A stretch of DNA of 64,000 nucleotides, from positions 1-64,000 of the forward strand of contig NW_024055457.1 of assembly GCF_902713615.1 (NCBI RefSeq). Direction: 5' to 3'. This document shows positions 10,736 to 21,592 of this stretch, piece by piece. The position numbers were made by a program, and so were the translations under genes. The notes beneath the pieces were generated by a model that saw only the letters and a program-made list of their open reading frames with translations, did not search any database and was not told the origin of the DNA. The stretch comes from Scyliorhinus canicula (Eukaryota). Position 1 is the first letter of the stretch. Each line of letters opens with the position of its first letter.

Positions 10736-11319
10736 TCGATCGGCAAGTCGATTTGTATTCAAGCCTAAACCCGGCATCATCTGCTCCCCATGTCACAGAC
10801 TGATAGTGCTAGCCGTGTTGTGAGGTGAATCTCTGCTATTGTACATTTCATGTGTTAAGTATCGCAGGAATTTTTTTTTGGTTCATCGCGAATCGCTCAT
10901 GAGGGGGCAGTTAAGAGTCAACCCCATATCATTACTCTCGGTGTCTGCATTGCTAGTCCAGTGACAATACCACTTTGCCACCGCGTCCCCCTGATCCATT
11001 CTGCATTTCGTTAAATACCGGGTGCCGAGGAGTCGGTGTTCCTGGGCTCAGCTGAGTTAAGGCTAGCCGTACTTTCCGGCTAAACTAACTCCACATGTGA
11101 AATCTTCCCTGTGCAGCTTGGTGGATATTCCGTGATAAATGTTACTGTATATATCGCAGCATGATAAGCCTCAACATTCTCCAAACGGCTCCTTTGTTGA
11201 TCGGCACAAGGGTGGAAGCATTAAACAAAGCCTGGTAAATACACCTAACAGCGTTCGAACAGCGGGGATCAAATGCTTCGCACAGAAGGAACCTCAGTGA
11301 AGCTGTATAGACTCGCTGC

Positions 11320-11358
11320 GGTTTTTGTACGGTGCTCGAGCTGCTCTCTAACGCTGTG
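11320..11358 (-). promoter_or_regulatory. 23-RSS, heptamer CACAGCG
   Basis: Heptamer 11352-11358, 23-bp spacer, perfect nonamer 11320-11328. Confidence 0.95.
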
Positions 11359-11854
11359 CCTCACTGCACAGTAATAGACCGCCTCGTCCTCCAAACTGAG
11401 GCCGCTTATATTGAGGGAACCTTTCTGTTTAGACTTGTCAGCAACCGCCAAATATCGTCCTGAAACTGTTTCTTTCTTCAATGCTAGAGTGTTAGTGATG
11501 ATCCATCTCGGTTGTTGTGCCGGTTTCTGCTGATACCATAGCATGAAGTCCATATTCTTGTCTGTATAGTCACAATTCAACAGCACCGAATCTCCTTCCG
11601 ATGCGGTTATTATCACCGGTAACTGAGTTACTGGATCTGCGCACAGTCCGCCTGTGAAGGTAGAGGATTAAATATCAACTGATGCAAATTTGCCTGTATC
11701 TGAGAGAGTTTGTGAAACCTCCCAACTGCGCATCATATCGATATTTTCGAGCGCAATTATATTGCCATCGATCTGTATTAATATGCTAATCTGCCTCGAT
11801 GTTTATTATCCAGGACTTAGCGTGCCACAGCGCCGCCAGTATTATCAGAAACAT
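11359..11854 (-). pseudogene. TRAV: TCR V gene, family A; leader 11821-11854, V exon 11359-11651 with open frame; leader donor mutated GT to CT
   Basis: MFLIILAALWH then CTAAGT instead of GTAAGT. V = GLCADPVTQLPVIITASEGDSVLLNC...LWYQQKP...EDEAVYYCAVR. Unspliced read-through stops in the intron. Confidence 0.9.
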
Positions 11855-12044
11855 GTCAGACTGAATCTCTCTCAGAGATTGTGAAGCAGGGAGGGAGCCC
11901 CGGGTCTGCTCAACTCATTGAGGAAGCGGAGGCGTTACAGTGCAGGAAGGGGGGGGGGGGTGGTTTGTGACCTCACTGGCCCCCCAGCCAAACAGGTTTC
12001 AAAGAAAACATCACGTGGGTTTATGACGCCCGTGGTTGAATTCG

Positions 12045-12058
12045 GCGCCCTCTGCTGG
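12045..12058 (-). promoter_or_regulatory. CTCF consensus motif upstream of the family A promoter
   Basis: CCAGCAGAGGGCGC on the minus strand, ~190 bp upstream of the ATG at 11854. Confidence 0.7.
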
Positions 12059-12264
12059 CAAATTGTGTTAAATCGAATTTTCCTAGTGAGTGTGTTCAGG
12101 GTTTGCTGCAAAACATACCAATATTCGAATGTGACCCAAAAATCTAAATTGGACCTGTTTATATACTGTCTTTGTTACTGTTAATGTTTATGCCTGAAAA
12201 CTATGCTAAATCTCCGGAAACCATCGCTGGAATCTTCTGTCTCAATCCTGGGTATGTCAAATAT

Positions 12265-12333
12265 TCAAAGGACAAGACGACCGAGCTAACGATCAGGAGC
12301 ACAATGATTTCTGACAGCGTCGTGTACGTATGT
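12265..12333 (+). pseudogene. Orphan family B FR3 fragment cut by a SINE
   Basis: KDKTTELTIRSTMISDSVVYVC is nearly identical to 9277-9345. No RSS follows. Confidence 0.75.
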
Positions 12334-12645
12334 GGGCGGCACGGTAGCATAGTGATTAGCACAATGGATTCACAGCTTCAGGGTCCCAGGTTCTATTCCC
12401 GGCTGCGTCACTGTCTGTGCGGGGTCTGCACGTTCTCCCCCTGTCTGCGTCGGTTTCTTCTGGGTGCTCTGGTTTCCCCCAGAATTCAAAGATGTGCAGG
12501 TTAGGTGCATTTGCCATGCTAAATGCCCACAAAGGTTGTGTTAGGTTGCTGCGATGAAGTGGAGGCGTGGGCTTGGGTGGAATGCTTTTTCCGGGGGCCA
12601 TTGCGAACTCGATGGGCCGGGTGGCCTGCTTCAGCACTGTAGATC
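12334..12645 (+). mobile_element. HE1-like tRNA-derived SINE with a CR1-like 3' tail
   Basis: Starts GGGCGGCACGGTAGCATAGTG. Many copies occur in the window, and the 3' tail resembles the CR1 3' UTR. Confidence 0.85.
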
Positions 12646-13017
12646 CTATGATTGTACGAAATAGGGGCAGGGAGGGTCAGTTGTATCAGATCCCTTCTCG
12701 TTGGAGGGAAGTGTCTTCCCTCTATATTGTTCTCAGTGACTTGAGCAGAGCAGGTGCAGGATGGTCAACTGTCGCTGTTTCCCTCCCTCACTTGCGACAG
12801 CAGCCGATAACCGCCGCACATTTTGTATCAGCTTTGAATCTGCGGTGTCCCCAGTCACAGTTTCCGTTTGTTTCTCTGGCTCGAACACCATTATGATATT
12901 CTAGACATTGCTGTCGCTGCTCGATTCCTGTCATTGGTTTGAGCAGCCGTGCAGTGGCTCCTGAATCTGTATTTCTGCTCGGACAGGTAATTTCCTCACA
13001 GCATCTAATTCAGGAAT

Positions 13018-13590
13018 TATCGCGGGAATCGCCTCTCCGATCTCCTCAACATCATCTCACTTCTCGGTATTTCACTCATTGCAAACTCTCCATTCTCCCC
13101 TCACTGTGTAACCTGATATTACTGTTAATTAAATAATAATAATAATAATAATAATGGGGGTGGCTGTTATGTTGGTCAATATGAGGTTGATGCTGAATTT
13201 TATATTTTCTTTTGGTTTCTGTCAGACTGGAGCCACCAGGACCCAGGAGAACAGCGGCGAGGCTGAAATAAGGGTCGAAGAGGACAGTGACGTCACACAA
13301 CAGTTCAGTCAAAACAATAGATCCTGACCGATACAGTCAGCATCCGGGCACCCTGCACCGTTCATGTTTCATCTGATGGGACGGAATCCGTGCAGCAGAA
13401 AGGTATAGATGATCTTACTATGCCTCGCATACAGGTAAATACATAAGTACATCTTGTTATCGACCGAAGTACAGCACAGCTGTCTGACCGCATGAAGAGG
13501 AAGGATCTACAATGGTGTAGACGACTCAATGTAGCAGCAGGATCGGGGTACTGACGATCAGAACAGACTCTGTTCATTTCAGCAGAGACG
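13018..13590 (+). pseudogene. TRAV: Heavily decayed family B V gene (leader remnant ~13018-13066, exon from 13226)
   Basis: The leader has lost its ATG. The exon starts ACTGGAGCCACCAGGAC (WSHQD) as at 9051, with stops and frameshifts. No RSS was recognised. Confidence 0.75.
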
Positions 13591-14303
13591 GCCAATCCTT
13601 TGACTACCACTCGGGTGAAAGGCAGCGTCAGTAATATTGGACCCCCACCCCGTGACAGTGCAGCAAAAGTCTGTACGGACGATACCAATACAAGGCTGTG
13701 GCGGTCCCGGGACTTCATGACTTGTAGTTTTTAGCGCTCACCGTGAGCCGCGCCTCACTGAAGCAAGTCCCGTATCTGAGTGACTCTCTAGCAGCAGGCA
13801 ATGGATGTGTTTTCGATCGAAGAATCGATTTTCTAATGAAGCCCAAAGCAGACACCATGGTCCTACATGATAATAATACTCGTGTTGCTCTGTGATGTCC
13901 TGTTGAATTTCTTATTCTGAATTTCCTGTGTTAAATACAACAGCAGAGTTTGACACAGTCTCTGTTTTATTCCAGGGGCAGGCTCAGTGGGATTGGGCTC
14001 ATCTGAGTTAACGGTTCTGGAAGAGCAAAGTATAATTTCCGGCTGTATTATTTCGACATCTGAGAGCTGTTATTACCGCTGCTGGTACCCGGGTATTCCA
14101 CGTTTCAATTTACCATGTACATTGCGGCATGGAAATGAGTCGCGTGATTTCCAAATTGCTCATCTGTTCACCCGCAGAAGAGCGGAGACACAAATATAAC
14201 TGTCTGATAAATAGAACTGACTGTGTTCGTGAATCCGGGATTAAACAATTCCCGCAGACAGGAGCAGGAAAGCAGATTCAGTGGAGCTGTGAATACTCGC
14301 TGA

Positions 14304-14342
14304 GGTTTTTGTACGGGGCACCAGCTGCTCTCTAACGCTGTG
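14304..14342 (-). promoter_or_regulatory. 23-RSS, heptamer CACAGCG
   Basis: Heptamer 14336-14342, 23-bp spacer, perfect nonamer 14304-14312. Confidence 0.95.
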
Positions 14343-15034
14343 CCTCGCTGCACAGTAATAGACCGCCCCGTCACCCACACTGAGGCCGCTTATATTGAGG
14401 TAACCGTTCTGTTTAGACTTGTCAGCAGCCGCCAGATATCGTCCTGAAGCTTCATCTTCCTTCAGAGCAAATGCATTGGTAATAATCCAGATTGGTGGCT
14501 GTGCCGCTTTCTGCTGATACCATTGCATGTACAGCATATTCGAGTCTGCATATTCACAATCCAGCCGCACCGAACCCCCTTCTGACACGGTGTTTGTCAC
14601 CGGTGATTGAGTTACTGGATCTGCGCTTAGCCCGCCTGTAAAGGGAGAGAAATGAAATATCAATAGTTTAAACATAATTCACCTAAATTAGCGGCTGGTT
14701 TAGCACAGGGCTAAATCGCTGGCTTTGAAAGCAGACCAAGACAGGCCAGCAGCACGGTTCAATTCCCGTACCAGCCTCCCTGAACAGGCGCTGGAATGTG
14801 GCGTCTAGGGGCTTCTCACAGTAACTTTATTTGAAGCCTACTTGCGACAATAAGCGATTTTCATTTATTTTCCTATATCTGTGAGTTTGCGGAAAATAAA
14901 CTCCCTCATCATGTGGATATTTCTGATCGTTAATTCTATTCAATGTTATTGCAATCTATCACCCTCTAATCTGGCTTGATGAATATTATCCATTACTTAC
15001 CGTCCAACAACGCCGCCAGTATTAACAGAAACAT
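14343..15034 (-). CDS. TRAV: Apparently functional TCR alpha/delta V gene, family A; leader exon 15001-15034, V exon 14343-14635
   Basis: MFLLILAALLDG-GLSADPVTQSPVTNTVSEGGSVRLDC...MQWYQQK...GDGAVYYCAAR. It has a GT-AG phase-1 intron, the conserved Cys/Trp/Cys residues and an intact RSS. Confidence 0.93.
14692..14870 (+). mobile_element. Short SINE (second family) inserted in the V leader intron
   Basis: Explains the intron length difference from the paralog (365 vs 169 bp). Other copies lie at 31555-31725 and 52500-52635. Confidence 0.85.
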
Positions 15035-15147
15035 GTCTGACTGAGTGAATGGGAATGGAATGAGCCAGAGACTGAGAGGAGAGAGGGAACCCGGGCTCTG
15101 TTTAGCTCAATGTTCCACCCACACACTGCAGGGGACCAGGCCCATTG

Positions 15148-15157
15148 TGACATCACT
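15148..15157 (-). promoter_or_regulatory. TCR V-promoter decamer AGTGATGTCA
   Basis: Exact match, ~115 bp upstream of the ATG at 15034. Confidence 0.75.
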
Positions 15158-15169
15158 CAGACCACGACG

Positions 15170-16050
15170 TCTATTGGTTTTGACGATGCCATCACGGAAC
15201 TTCATCATCCCCATGTTTGAAGGTGGCGCCCTCTGGTGCTGGAGTAGTTTTGTTCCTGTTTGAATGCAGCCACTGAATAGATTGAGGGTGTATTGAAATA
15301 CACAAGAAGACACTAATGTTTCCCAGAATTTTAAACTGGATCTAGTAGGGCATAGTTTTTACTACTGTTGATGTTTGTGTCAGAAAGGGTCACTAAATTG
15401 ATGAAATCTTTGCTGCCCGTTTCTTTCCAAACCCTGTGCACGACAAATGAGAAGTAGTGATAGGACGTTGGAGAAAGTGTGGATGTTATATATTTAAAGA
15501 TTAACAGGGACAGGCCCGTTTATGCCAAGACCAGAGAACTTTGGGTTCATTTGCTTGTAACAATAGAGGTAGATGGAAGATTCAAATCGTTTTGCTGTAA
15601 TTGTTCCCATTAGTTGGTTTTGACAATGCCGTAACGGAACTTCATCATCCCCATGTTTGAAGGTGGCGCCCCCTGCTGCCGGAGTAGTTTCATTCCTGTT
15701 GGAATGCAGCCACTGAATGCATCCAGGGCGTATTGAAATACAGAGGAAGACGCGAATGTTTCCCAGAAATCTAAACTGGATCTGCTACGAAACAGTTTTT
15801 ATTACTGTTGATGTTTATGTCAGAAAGGGCTATTAATCGATTAAATATGTGTTGGCCGTTACTTTACAAATCCTGCACAACAAATGAGAAGTAGTGTTAG
15901 GACGTTGGAGAAAGTGCGGATGTTATACATTTAAATGTTGCTAGGGACGAGGGCCGTTTATGCAAAAGACCCAGAGAACTTTCGCTTCATTTGCCTGTCA
16001 CAAAGGAAGTAGAAGGAAGACTCATTAGTTTTGCTGAAAAGATATGCCTT
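15170..16050. repeat. Two-copy 440-bp tandem duplication; each copy carries a CTCF-like motif (15226-15239, 15666-15679)
   Basis: GGAACTTCATCATCCCCATGTTTGAAGGTGGCGCC recurs at a 440-bp offset with collinear flanks. Confidence 0.9.
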
Positions 16051-16389
16051 TCCAATAGCGTAGAGCGTCTGTAATTCTTCCCATTAGCAGCAGTTCCAAT
16101 AACAAATCATCCCGATTTGATAGAAAAATATGATAGAGAATGATGTATTTATTCATAATATTCCGATTTGCTAACATCTACAACACAACGAGAAAATTAT
16201 GAAAGAAGATTCCGTAACAACTGCCAAAAGGTGACTGTCATAATCTGAAAAGGGAAAGCAATATGGAAAATGTGAGGTGGGCAAGACGATTGGGACAGCA
16301 TTTTCCAATTGGCACGTGCACGGTAAGCCGAATGCTCATTACGTTCCCTAATTTTCTATACTTTTGGGCGATTCATGCCAGTCCCCCAC

Positions 16390-16750
16390 TAATTGTTCTC
16401 ACTCACTTGAGCAGTGAGCAGGTGCAGGAAGGTCACAGGATTGAACCGTCGCTATTTCCGCTCCGGCAATCCCGCCTGCAGCTGATACCCGCCGCACAGC
16501 CTGACTTGTTTAGAATCTGCGGTGTCCCGGGGAGCAGCTTCCGTTTGCTGTTCCCATTTTCATTCTGAAACGATTGTGCTGTTGGGGACATTGCTGCATA
16601 TGCCCCATTCGTGGCATCGGATAGGCCAGCAATGCTGATCGATCTGGGAGTTTGTATTTCTGCTCCAGCTGATCAGTTCCTCCACTGAAGAGGGACTAAT
16701 TCAGGATCCTCCTGGTTCCACTCCTCAACATGATCTGACTTCTCAGAAAA
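16390..16750 (+). pseudogene. Orphan family B promoter and decayed leader with no V exon found
   Basis: Collinear with 8540-8900 and 12720-13070. The ATG and splice donor are lost. Confidence 0.65.
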
Positions 16751-17618
16751 TAATTCCCTCACTTTAAAACTCCATTCTTCTCTGACTGATCTCCCCCCCC
16801 CCCCCCCCCAAATATCACTGATTCTACTTGTTTGTCCAACAATCCCATTTTCCTCAAACCTGTGGGGCACTCCGTATTTCATTTCTACTTTTGTAATTTA
16901 CCACAATTTCCTCTTCAGTTACCTCACTGCCTGCCTATTACCCCTCCTATTTAGACCGTAGACAGTTAGTATGGCCAGTGAGAAGCTCTTCTCCTCAGAA
17001 ACTCCGGAATTAGCAACACAACAACATCGGCTTTTCTCATCACTCCTTCCGCGCGATAGACTAACCCCCAAAGGGGAATGTATATGCCCTGGTCTGAAAA
17101 ACACGATGACATTGATACTCCGCCTAAGAACCCTGAGATATTTGTTTTTAAGTATCTTTTGGTCCTCTCTATATTATATGAAACTAACCATATAAGAAAT
17201 AACATCGAGCGCAGATTAGTTGACCCTTCGAACATTCAGTATGTTCACAGTTGATCAGATTGCGGCAGTATGTCCAATTTCCTGTCTGCCCTTCAGAAAC
17301 GGGAACTCGCTTGAAAATCAGAAGCTTGCAACCGCATTTTTTTTCAATGAGGAACAGTTGAAAATATCCACCTTGAAAAAGTGTTTATGACGGGAAGTGA
17401 GAAAGCACAGTCCCTGAATTCAGTTTCTCGCATCATCCTCAGGACTTTTTCGCCTGGTTTGGAACCATTTGCCAATGTCTCTGACATGCTGCTGGATCCA
17501 ATTAACGAATTATCTGCATTCAGTCATGCCTTATTAGTAACTGAGTAATTTGTTATGAAATGTATATCGAGAGCTATCACTCGATTACAATAATGGTCTG
17601 TCTACCAATGTTTGCTTT

Positions 17619-17770
17619 GTGTGTGTGTGTGCGTGTGTGAATGTGTGTGTGTGTGTGTGTGTGTGTGCATGTGTGCATGTGTGTTTCTGTTTGTGTGAGT
17701 GATTGTATGTGCCTGTTTAATTATGTGTGTGCTTGTGTGTGTGTGCTGTGTATGCGTGCGTGCATGTGTT
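17619..17770. repeat. Imperfect (TG)n microsatellite
   Basis: Directly visible. Confidence 0.9.
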
Positions 17771-18589
17771 CTTTATTGCTTTCCTTTTAGGCGTATGCGT
17801 CTGGAAGTGTTTATTTGTCCATCTCCACGTCTGATTCCCGGCGTCTGCTGTTATGCTTATTTTACCAAACCTTGATGCAAGACAGTGCTACTAAATAATT
17901 TGGTAAAGATTTTTCACAGCAGACATTTTCAATCTATGTAAATTCCTTCAACTAATCAAGCCACTGTGAGCACATTTTTAAATTCTGATCGTGCACATAA
18001 TGTTTCTCACGTTATTAAGTTTGGAATTATTAATGGGTCATATCAAAACCTGGAATTGCTTCACTTTCAATCTCGTCAAATATTGCAAGAGAGGAGATGA
18101 GCGAGGGGAAAACAGTGAGCAAGGTAGAAAGTGAGACGGGCAAAAACTGGATGGTGCAGGGAGAGAGAGAGAAGCACATGGAAGGGGGGCAGTGAGAGAG
18201 AGAGAAATATTTAAAGCAAAACTCGAAGCAGAAGGTCAAGAAAGAGAAAGACACCGAAATAGGTTTAGCCACACTGGGGAACGGTTACATATGGTTAACT
18301 AGAAGTGTGAGCCTCTGCTTGAGTGTTTGTATGAAAGCGTTTGCGTGTGCTTCTGGTGTGTGTGTAAGTGAACCGATAGGACAACCTCAAGTGGATCAGC
18401 ACGGGAAGAGCTTTGAGTGTTCATGCAGTAATAGGCCAGCAGCATCACTGATTAGTTCCTTGGCAGTATTTGGTTTGAGAGGCTGACAGCGCTGCTCATA
18501 TTACGGGTGAATCTGCCCGAGATTCTGTAGATTCTGTAGAACCCCCAAACCGACAGGAGTACTGAGCTACTGTCCAAGGTAGACGTACA

Positions 18590-18885
18590 GACAGAACGCA
18601 GTAATACATAATAGACGGCACAGGCAGTCAACTGCCGCCCCTTGAAGCTTAAACTGGCGAATTGAGTAGAGGACTCGAATTCTACCGATAAATATGGTTT
18701 GGCAAAACTTTCATTTACACACCCAGAATTTCCGGAGTGCAACTTCGCGCGCTGTGTATCTGGTGCTCTTGAGCCAGAATAAATAATGAAGCTGATGTTG
18801 CATATACCTTTTTCAGTTTTCCCTTCTACAACTGTCTTTAGATCTAAGGACAGCTACTGACAAACAGAGCCTCCATGACCTGGAT
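18590..18885 (-). pseudogene. Decayed TCR V exon
   Basis: After a TTTTAG acceptor it reads PGHGGSVCQ*LSLDLKTVVEGKTEKGIC, with YLFW in a shifted frame, then LSVEFESSTQFASLSFKGRQLTACAVYY. No RSS was found. Confidence 0.65.
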
Positions 18886-19778
18886 CTAAAAGCATATTCA
18901 AACAAGGAATTATCAGAGCGGCGGGTGTTTAATATTCTGATTCATACCCTATTTTGGAAATTAGAGAAAATGCGGAAGGTGTTTAATCCACAATTACCTG
19001 TCAGAAATATTCCCACAATATCCTGATGCTAAATCACATTCTGCTCGCTATCCGCTCTGTCAAAGGAGGGTTGAGTATTTGAAGACACCGATCCTGATCT
19101 TCCATCAATAATCTGCTGATAGGTTTTAAATATCTACCACCTCACTGCTATCTTCTCGCAGTGCGGTTGTGAAACGGATGAATAGTGAAGTGACTGCGAG
19201 TGAACAGAAACATATCGGGCTCGGGCTCGGCTACAGTGCCGTGTCCTTTTCGGGAGCTGGTTCTGTTGGAGGAAATGGGTGAGAAGAAAATCTTCCTTTC
19301 GACACTTTAAGACAGAAATTCTGGGCTATGATTGCTGGTGGAATATGTTATAGATATAAAAAGACACTCCAAAAGGCCATGAATATCGAGGGAAATTGAT
19401 GCATGGGGTGTGTTTTTACACTCGATGTTCCTAATTTGAAAATGTCAATCTTTTAATTAAAACAATCCGGACAACTAAAACACGCTGTTCATATAGAGTT
19501 TGTGCACGATCGTGATCAAAAAGATCGGTATACTAACGGGGAGACGGGGAAAAAGCTGCACAATAAGTCAGACAGACACAGAAATAACATCAAAAGAAAA
19601 AAAACGAGGTGACACCAGAAATTTATTTGTGACTCTCATTTTTATTACAGCTGTGAGCTGAAAGCAACTACTTTAATTCCCTAATTGGCCCTTGCCTGGA
19701 TTTGTTGGGTCTTGCACGGAAATTATGAAAAGTCTCGTTGGCTTTCACTGTGGAGGTTGAATGTTTATCGGTGAGAGA

Positions 19779-19792
19779 ACGCCCTCTGGTGG
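19779..19792 (-). promoter_or_regulatory. RSS-adjacent CTCF consensus motif
   Basis: CCACCAGAGGGCGT on the minus strand, 25 bp beyond the nonamer at 19818. Confidence 0.7.
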
Positions 19793-19817
19793 GCACCAAC
19801 TGGAACTCTCAGTGTGG

Positions 19818-19856
19818 GGTTATTGTACGGCATCTGCTGTATCTCTGTGCAGTGTG
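19818..19856 (-). promoter_or_regulatory. 23-RSS, heptamer CACACTG, nonamer ACAATAACC
   Basis: Heptamer 19850-19856, 23-bp spacer, nonamer 19818-19826. Confidence 0.92.
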
Positions 19857-20306
19857 GGCTCCATGGCACAGAAATACACGGCGCAGTCGGAGAGAAGCGC
19901 CCCGGCGATAGTTAAAGGAACAGTTGTGTTTTCTTTATGCAAAACCGCCAAGAACCTGGCTGGTAAATTTGGAGAATTCTTTACGTCCCTAGAGCTATAT
20001 ATTGTCATTAAATATTTTGGAGCTTTCCCGGGATACTGGATGTACCAGAACAGATTTCGAAGAGCAGCTGTCGAGTATCTACAATCCAGTGTTACGTTCT
20101 GTCCTTCCGGAACCTTTAATTCAGATCGATCCTGGAACACTGCTTCTTCGCCATTTGTTCCTGTAACAAGACAAACAATGTTTGAAACGTCTGGGAGTGA
20201 ACATAACATATGGAACATGTGCGTGTGTGATATTGAATATTCTAGTAAATATTGACTCACTGGGCAGGATAATGAGAATCATTATGAAGCAATGTGAGGA
20301 GAACAT
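19857..20306 (-). CDS. TRAV: Apparently functional TCR alpha/delta V gene; leader exon 20261-20306, V exon 19857-20160
   Basis: MFSSHCFIMILIILPR-TNGEEAVFQDRSELKVPEGQNVTLDC...LFWYIQYPGKAPKYLM...SDCAVYFCAMEP, with a GT-AG phase-1 intron and an RSS. Confidence 0.93.
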
Positions 20307-21592
20307 GGTGCCTGGTTTAAAGTTGGAAAGGAATAAAATCATGTTTGAAATACGTTGTAGTTCTAGCCTGATGTTAAAGAGCAATCTCCAATCAGCTGCA
20401 GATTTCACGCAATGTGATCCTGAGGGGCGTTTCCCAAGGTCAGGATTGGCTAGTCCCTCAGTGCCCGTGAGAGTCGGGCACCAATCGTTCTTGCTCCTGG
20501 GCGAATGAACTCCTTTACCATTTTCGCTGCCTTGGTGTCTCTCAGCTTTCTCTTCGTGTCTGTCTCTCTCTGCTGTTCGGCTTCTCTGTCGGTATCTCGC
20601 CTCTCTCTCTCACACACACAAAGACACTTTCACTGTCTCGTTTTCGTTCTTTCACAGGGCATTCAATTTCGGAGGGTAGAAAATCAAATTCATCTCAAAT
20701 TCCCGTTTCAACGAATTCACCAACCAAGGTACAGTGAAGAAACCCGGTGCCGTGATATGGAGACAATAAGGTCGGAGAAACGAAGAGAGACAAACAAACA
20801 GATAACAACAGAAACAGAGAATCAAAGGAACATAGTGAGAAAAAAGCATAAAGTAGACGCAGGAATTTAAAATGGGAAGAAAAATAAGATATAAATAATA
20901 ATATATTAAAATATTAAGTAATTGAGAAAACGATATAATCAATTGAATATAACACAATACGTGTCAAAATATGTTACTTCACTGCGATTTAAACATAATT
21001 TAACATTAGTTCCTGGGTATATTCAGCTGCATTAAAGTACATTATAATAGAATAAAACGGAACCCGTAACCGCTCCCGCCTGCAGTAAACAGACAAATAC
21101 GATGCTGGAGCTCTTCGATGGGAGGAACTTTACAATACATAAGATGATAACTACAGTTATACCCCCCCCCCCCCTCCTCCCCCCACACTCTTCCCGGCAG
21201 CCAGTTCAGTTTATTTCGTGACAGAGACTGAAATAAATAGAACATCTTCATCTGCATCCAAACTGTTAATTCTTCCAGAGAACAGCTTTCAGGACAAATA
21301 CTGATTAAACAGTCGCTGAGGTCAATTCGAGATCACACTTTGTTGATTTTTACCGTTCTGTTAGTGATCAACGAAATGTACGATTAGATTTTCAGCCTCT
21401 GCAATAGACACAGACTTGTGATTGCAGAAATAATATCAGGCCAATCAGACGCAGCTCTCGAGGCGATGTTCCTGTCATATGTTCCGCAGGAAGTGGCTTC
21501 AGTCAAGCTTCAGCCAATAGTCTCAGTTTTTGTTTAATTTTGCACAGGTTTCTGAGATGAATAAAAAATCTCTGGAAAATGCTGAAGCAACA

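Noticed and set aside
18520-18560. FGGS after YYC, suggesting a germline-joined VJ
   Set aside because: It is not FGxG, no TxLxV or splice donor follows, and the frame is broken.
19746-19752. CACTGTG suggesting a D or J segment
   Set aside because: No nonamer at the correct spacing and no J motif follows.
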